From Eledone cirrhosa (lineage: Eukaryota): a stretch of 64,000 nt of DNA. The translations under genes and the position numbers were made by a program. Below, one piece after another: positions 57,402 through 64,000 of the stretch. The notes under the pieces were generated by a model that searched no databases, was not told the DNA's origin, and saw only the letters and a list, made by a program, of their open reading frames with translations. The first letter of the stretch is position 1. Every line of letters begins with the position of its first letter. The stretch lies in NCBI GenBank assembly GCA_964016885.1, contig CAXHJY010000239.1:27349-91348 (forward strand). The letters are read 5' to 3'.

Positions 57402-58470
57402 CTACATTTTAAATTTAAATTTATATTTAAACGTTGAGTTCAATCTATGTCTGCAGCAACTGAATAAATTTGTCCGTAGATTAAGGGAATTTTTAGATTT
57501 TAGTATAAAGAATATCTCCTCCGCACAGAGGTCACATGTCTCAGAGGATGAATTAAAAGGAATCCCCCTTGAAACTATATTCCAAGTCGTCGAATATCTA
57601 ACGTTATCATGCCTAAGTTGCCAGAGTACGCCTGATAGTGCTGTTGAAGATTTTTTGGATGGATCTGTGAAAGAATTCTTGTGGTTGTTATAGCGAAGTT
57701 TAAATTCCGTCGATGTAGAACCAACGTAGTTAAAAGAATTAACGTCCGTTTTAACATTACAGTTGTATATTATATTTTTAACTAAGCAGTTGTTATTTAA
57801 CGGACATTTAGATCTATCTCTACAGTTACATTTGTTAACTTGGATATTATTTATGCTATTATCGCTAGGTTTTAAGTTCCTGTTATTTATTCTATTAATA
57901 TATTGCGCTAAATTTTTGGTGGATGAGTAGGTTAGTTTTATAGTATGTCTATTGAAAATTGAGTGATACCTATGTGTTCTAGGGAAGCGATTATCAAGAG
58001 CTTTAAAAAATAGTTTAGCAATGTGGGTTTTAATGTTTAGTGAGAAAGGGGGGGCAAACCATATTATATTCCTAGTTCTATTTCTTTTATGGCTTTTGGA
58101 ATTATTGTAATGCTTTCTATTATAGTTGTTAAGGTTGTGGCTGTAATTAAAATAGTTGTTATTTTGTTTAATTTGTTTATCATTATCTATGTACATAATT
58201 TTATCACTATATCCTGCTCTAGCTAACGCTTCATTGTAATAATGGGCTTTTTCGTCGAAAATCTTTTTATTAGATGAGATTCTAGAGATACGTGATTGGA
58301 CAGAGTTTACTATAGTATTTTTAACAGATCCGGGGTGGTTAGAGTTAAAGCTGACATAGTTTAAGTTTTCATTCAACTTGTGAAATGGATAGTGAAGACA
58401 TGTGTTGAGATTTAATGTTATATCTAGGAAGTTGACTATTCTATGGTTATTCTCAATTTCTATTTTTAGA
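57402..58470 (-). pseudogene. PLE-B ORF remnant: RT thumb, linker, CxCx5C motif, GIY-YIG endonuclease (~356 codons, no internal stops)
   Basis: VNFLDITLNL, YPFHK, SNHP, RNIIWFAPPFS, IFNRHTIKLTYS, CNCRDRSKCPLNNNCL, NIIY..YVGST..FKLRYNNH..SF, CDLCAEE, CCRH. The listed N-terminus MWTVVKRK... is read from the inverted pLTR. Confidence 0.92.
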
Positions 58471-58595
58471 TTCTTTTTCTTCGTTTCTCTTTCTTTCTTT
58501 CTTTTTCTCTTTCTTTTTACAACTGTCCACAATATTTTTTACTGCCAAATCAACCTCCCAAATGCAAGGTGATTGAAAGGTATGTCGTATCTATT

Positions 58596-58702
58596 TATTT
58601 ATAAGACTGTTTATATTGTATTTTGTCTGAAGAAGGCATAACATATTGTTAATATGATATCCTTGAAATATATATAACGAAATAAATATGGTTTTATAAA
58701 TA
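58596..58702 (+). ncRNA. Hammerhead ribozyme motif in the inverted 5' pLTR of PLE-B
   Basis: CTGAAGA at 58627-58633, GAAA at 58665-58668, same stems as 56018-56124. Confidence 0.85.
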
Positions 58703-58904
58703 TAGTTTCCATTTATTTAATATCATATTGTATATATATATATATTGTATATATATATATATATATTGTATATATATATATTGTATATATATATATTGTA
58801 TATATATATTATATATATATACGTTATTCCAGGTTGAATCAGAGGTAACCACAGTAAGTAAGGTACTCAATACATTGCGGAGTATAAAAGTTTTAATATA
58901 GATG

Positions 58905-58955
58905 AGATTCTACAGGACTAGAACTGTTTCATTCTTTAGAAATCATCAGGAATCT
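58905..58955 (-). ncRNA. Compact type I hammerhead motif in a probable solo pLTR fragment (~58821-59390)
   Basis: Minus strand: AGATTC-CTGATGA-TTTC(TAAA)GAAT-GAAA-CAG(TTCTAGTC)CTG-TA^GAATCT. Perfect 6-bp stem I and looped stem III. Confidence 0.8.
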
Positions 58956-59575
58956 GGGTATCAAAAAATAAATATGGTATTTATAGGTCTCTTCAGGTGG
59001 TAGGAGAGGGTGGTGAGTGGGATGGGTGTAGGTCATTGGTTGATAGAAAAGGGAATTCATTAAAAGCTAATTCTTCAAAGCTATAGTTTATATTTAGAGT
59101 AACAAAGGGAGAAATAATTCTATAAACTAGTTCAGGATGGTGTGCCACTCCTTATTTTTAAGTTTCTCTTAAGCTAACAATGCCTAGATTTCAGGTGTCT
59201 ATAAGATCATTGGGGGTCAGTCATGCTTGATGGATTTAAAGAAAAGGGAAATTCTTTACAAGCTAATTCTTTAAGGTTCTACTTAGTGACAAAGGCCTAG
59301 AGAATTCTATAGACCAGTTCAAAATATTGAGTGCATATCATACCATTATCTACAAATTTCTCTTAAACTATTAAACTATATTCCAAAAGTCAACAGACAC
59401 ATTCACAAACACACTCACTCACACACTCGCACACACCAACATACATCCACACATACATATATATATATATAGAGAGAAAATTGAGGTTGGTAATGGCACA
59501 TGGAATATATAAGAGACAGAATACTTTTTTGTGAAAAAACATAATTTTATAAGGTAAGGAAATAATAAAGGGTAT

Positions 59576-59626
59576 AAAAAATGACCGGTTTCGATGGGTC
59601 TGCAAAAGCCATCTTTTCAAATGTTG
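59576..59626 (-). ncRNA. Hammerhead-like motif with variant core UUGAAAA (U3-A8), in a short island between microsatellites
   Basis: Minus strand: CAACAT-TTGAAAA-GATGG(CTTTTGCAGAC)CCATC-GAAA-CCGG-TC^ATTTTT. Stem II is 5 bp, stem III is the palindrome ACCGGT, the site is GUC; stem I is weak. Confidence 0.5.
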
Positions 59627-59785
59627 ATTAATATTAAGAAAAATTAATAATACGAAGAGTTAAAATTTGAGATTTGAAAATTCAAGTATAAAATTCATTG
59701 TGGGATTTCATAGCAGTTTTCATCTAGGTAGCAACAACAGGTTGACACAGCAGTGTATACATATATATACATATATACATATATA

Positions 59786-59863
<78 letters not shown>

Positions 59864-60126
59864 TACATATATATACACATATATACACACACACATACAT
59901 ACATACACATATACACACATATACACATACATATACACACATATATACATATATACACACACATATATATATATATATATACATATGCACACATAAAAAT
60001 ACACACATATACACATATATACACATATACATACATATATATACACACATAGAACCATATAAACATATATACATATATATATATATACACACACACATAC
60101 AGACATATATACACACACATATACAC

Positions 60127-60192
<66 letters not shown>

Positions 60193-60279
60193 CATACATA
60201 TATACACACACATATATATATATACATATAAAATAAAGTTAAATAAAAGTCAAATGATTAAAATTTAGCTTCGTTTATT

Positions 60280-60334
60280 ACTGCTATATATATTTCAGTG
60301 ACAGCCATCTTTGGCTGTGACCTCTTCAGGCAGT
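60280..60334 (-). ncRNA. Type I hammerhead motif upstream of, and antisense to, PLE-C
   Basis: Minus strand: ACTGC-CTGAAGA-GGTCACAGCCA(AAGA)TGGCTGTCACT-GAAA-TATATA-TA^GCAGT. Perfect 5-bp stem I and long stem II. Confidence 0.85.
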
Positions 60335-60466
60335 TTGAATTAGTATGGTATAGACAAGTACATATGTTGTTTAGGTGTATAATATTGTCAATACTCTGAT
60401 ATGCCCAGTTCCTTGTTGGGTTGTTAATTCACTCAGGAACTGGAGTCATATGAATTCAAACAAACG

Positions 60467-62989
60467 ATGGAGTACCTTTTTCGATCAAGGAGGAATTCCC
60501 CCCCCCCCCCACAACAGACTAATGGAGGAGTTTGAAAACGAGATGATTAACATCATATCCAACCTCAAATTCTCCGGAAACCCAACCAGAAGTCAGGAGC
60601 ACCTCAGACACCTGAGAAACCGGATTACAGTACTTAAAGGGACAACTGGAATACTTGCCCATGCTGACAAAACAAACAACCTCTACAACATGAACACTGA
60701 ACTGTACAATAAGCTAATCCTCAGGGAACTGAGGAAGTGCTACCAAAAAACACCTGAATTTACCCTGGATGAGATCAATGCCACAGCTTACAGGATTATA
60801 TCCAGAATCGGCATAGAGGACAGGACGGCCCCATACCAACCAAGGGAGCCGCGGATTACCCTTAAAGACCACAAGCCAAACTTTGAGTCCGACCTCCCTG
60901 TCAGACTAATAGCCTCCTCCAGATCTGACCTAGGGATCGTCAGTAAAAGAATACTGGATAGGATTTTACCCAAGCTTCGGAAGAAAACCAAATTACAGCA
61001 ATGGTCATGCACGAGAGAAGTAGTAGAATGGTTCAAAATACTGCATGAGAAAAGTAGGACCAGCTTTATACAACTGGACATCGCAAGCTACTACTCCTCA
61101 ATCTCACCCATAGTACTTAATAAGGCCCTATTTCTAGCGATGTCCAATACGGACCTAACCCGAGAGGAGGTGAGCATCATCCACGCCGCAGGAAAGACCT
61201 TAATCCGCTTCGATGGAGACCTTTGGACCAAGAGTGATTGGCCAAATAACTTTGACATCACGATGGGCTCCAGCGACTCAGCGCAGGTAACGGACCTGGT
61301 TGGGCACTACCTGCTGAAGCAGATAAAAGATGAAATCCCCTGCCTGGGCGGCGGATTATATCGTGACGATGCTCTATTTACAGTATATGACCACAGCACC
61401 AATATGTTGGAGGGTATGAGGAGGCGTATTCGCCATTTCTTTAAGAACCAGGGGCTCAGCATAGAAATAGACCCAAATAGGAAGGTAGTTAACTTCCTAG
61501 ACACCACCCTAAACCTGAACATTGAGCAATACTACCCCTACCACAAGCCCAACGAGAAACTCGTATATGTTAACGCCAAATCAAACCACCCTAGATCCAT
61601 AACCAAGGCAGTGGTGAAGAGTGTCTCAGACAGGATCTCCAGTCTGTCCGCAAGTAAGGAAATATTCAATAACCACGCGGAATATTACAACGCAGCTCTA
61701 AAGAAGGCGGCACATGGACAAAATATAACATATAGTCCGAAAAGCCGGGAGGTGGATAGCCCAACAGACACCCACAACCGCGTTGCCCGAAGAGGGAGGG
61801 CGAATCCTAACAATACAGGCAGAGCAGAATCAAATAGGCACCATGTACCCGACACCACCACACGAGCGGTGGGGACTAGTGCGCTTGACCACGAGATGGA
61901 GCACAATATGAGTAGCAGTCTCAGGCGTGACGCTAACCACCCCAGGAGGAACGACCCCAACCGCAGGACACGTGGGCGGGGGGGGAAACGGGCGACCACC
62001 CCACGATGGATCTCCCGGGGCGGACAACGACCACCCCACAAATTCGGGCCGCGAAGATAACAAAAAGCATAGAGTCCAAAGGGGAAGCAACAGTGCGGAA
62101 ACCACCAGCAACCCAACAAATCTCCAACAAATCACGAAGTCCCCGACCCACACATATAGGAGGAAACACCGACAAATTACGTGGTACAACCCACCTACTC
62201 AGCGGCCCTAAAGAAAAGCTTGGCCCGATTATTCTTTGGAGCACTTGACAAATGCTTCCCGAGGGACCACAGATACCACAGGATCTTCAACAGACACACT
62301 GTGAAGCTTTCGTATTGCACCACGAGAAATTTGGCCCAACACATAGCTAGCATCAACAGAAGTAGGCTTAAAAACCACACACAACCAGAAGATGGCAATA
62401 CAAACACTCATCAGAACCATGTGAAAGGAGGGAAGGGGGGACCCAGAGCCCACCCAAAAAACCCAAACAGACCCGAGGACCCCCCACCGAGCCTGGGGGA
62501 AGACCAACATGTAACACATAACGGGAACCCTAATCTAGGCACGCAGAGGCCGACCACCCTCTGCAACTGCAGAAACCCCGAATCATGCCCCCTTGGTAAT
62601 GAATGCCTCAAGAAGAACCTAGTGTACGGTTGTAGGGTAAAAAAAACCCCAACTCCGAACACCTCTACATAGGAGCCACATCAACGAGCTTTAAGGACCG
62701 CTGGTACAACCATCGCCATTCATTCAAGAAGGAGGCCAAAAGGAAAAGCACAGCTCTCTCCGACCTGATCTGGAAGCTTAAGCTGGACAGGACCCCATAC
62801 TCTCTGTCCTGGTACATAATCAGGAAAGTACCACCCGATAAAGGGGGATCTTGCATATGCAAACTATGCCTGAACGAGACCCTCGAGATACTAAGAGGTG
62901 GAAGCGGCCTGATAAACCTCAGAACCGACTTCTTCGGGACATGCAGACACCTTTGAGCCGGGACCTTTCTCAAGATATATGGACAGTAG
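60467..62989 (+). pseudogene. PLE-C polyprotein (telomerase-related RT + C-terminal GIY-YIG), broken by ~4 frameshifts
   Basis: ADKTNNLY, TLKDHKPNF..PVRLI, QLDIASYYSSI, FDITMGSSDSA, GLYRDDAL, VNFLDTTLNL, SNHP; then ITWYNPP/YS..IFNRHTVKLSYC, CNCRNPESCPLGNECL..LVY, and after a frameshift LYIGATSTSFKDRWYNHRHSF..TALSDLIW..CKLCLNE..TCRHL*AGTFLKIYGQ*. Confidence 0.92.
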
Positions 62990-64000
62990 CAACACAAGAA
63001 GATGTGAACTCCCCTCAAGCTATAGGGACTTCTACAGAACATGAAAACACCTCTCGGCCAGACCTCCCTCAAGCTATATGGGCAATAACAACACCCTAGG
63101 TTGTGAACTCCCCTCAAGCCATAGGGAACAACCCAGGCGGAGCAAACACCATGATAGCCTAGAGATAGAATCGGACACAGCCATAATAATTTAGCCAACA
63201 TCTATAACACAAACACTTTTAATTTACTAGATTTCTGATTTTCAAGTTCCAATCTTAAATCTTGATTTCTCTTTATTAATTTGTTATTTGTTTTCTGCCC
63301 TCTTCACTGTATCACCTTATATTTATTTTAAAGTTGAGATTGATTATAACACAAACACATTTAGTTTGAATATCTCATCTTAACATCTTGTCTCATACCA
63401 ATCTATCCAACATATTCTGACCTTGAGATTGGTTATAGCACACACACACATTTTATCCTACATTATTTCTCACTTCTCCCTATTCATTTTCATTACTTTT
63501 TCACCAATTTTACATTTATTCTTTATTCTTTATTCTTTATTCTTTATTCTCTATTTATTTATTTATTTTCAAATTATACAAATTATATTAATTATTTAAT
63601 TATAACTGCCCACCACCACCACCACTACGATGGTGGCAGGAGGGATGAAGAACAAAACACAAACTGGATACTTCTAAATTGTTATCAGCAGGAAGATATA
63701 AGCTAACCACAACACCAACAACACTACCAAAATAATGGTAGAGGTCAAATATATTGAACAATAGCAGGCAAAAACACCTCAGGGAAGCCTCACCCCAGAA
63801 AGAATTCTATAGACTTCTGACTGAGGAATGCTCTCAGAACTGACCAAGAAGTTTGACACTTTTTTTGTTATTTTGTTCCTTTAACACCTTGTCCCTTCTA
63901 CCATTTTATCAATTTTTAAGCTAACTCCAACAATAACAACACTTAGAATGAGGAATGTATATATATAACGTTGTATAAATATATATATATATTAGTATAC

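Larger units (their letters stand above)
55906..58727 (-). mobile_element. 5'-truncated Penelope-like element B with inverted pLTRs
   Basis: Minus-strand RT-thumb/GIY-YIG ORF, ~250-bp inverted repeats (55993-56242 and 58471-58727) each containing a hammerhead, an extra ~87-nt 3' tail (55906-55992), and TA arrays on both flanks. Confidence 0.9.
60230..63960 (+). mobile_element. Penelope-like element C (near-complete RT + GIY-YIG), probably preceded by an inverted pLTR
   Basis: Coding region below, an antisense hammerhead at the 5' side as in PLE-B, and an AT-rich 3' region running to a TA tract at the window end. The 3' boundary is uncertain. Confidence 0.8.

Noticed and set aside
62954-62956. 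In-frame TGA as possible selenocysteine (as in some Naiad PLEs)
   Set aside because: The aligned positions in PLE-A and PLE-B are not Cys, it is a single TGA, and no SECIS was recognised. A CGA>TGA nonsense change is simpler.

Overview
AT-rich, repeat-saturated eukaryotic (animal) DNA. The SINE/RTE/microsatellite content resembles a cephalopod (Octopus-like) genome; that assignment is an inference. I could not identify any host-gene exon, and almost all short ORFs in the track are microsatellite or satellite artefacts. 1-43 kb holds one near-full-length RTE-clade LINE (APE endonuclease, RT and an unusual embedded PHD-type finger), many tRNA-derived SINEs (some sharing the RTE 3' tail), piggyBac-, mariner- and hAT-type MITEs, and a ~5 kb 14-bp satellite with higher-order structure. 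43-64 kb is a (TA)n-derived array interleaved with two more RTE copies, three Penelope-like elements (PLEs; RT and/or C-terminal GIY-YIG) and solo pLTR fragments. Reading both strands by hand gave eight type-I hammerhead-ribozyme motifs of five sequence families within ~15 kb (45.9-60.3 kb). They include one with a ~120-nt stem II, one with a U3-A8 compensatory core, and two families whose stem III is the (TA)4 target repeat itself. All RNA folds were done by eye and activity is untested.
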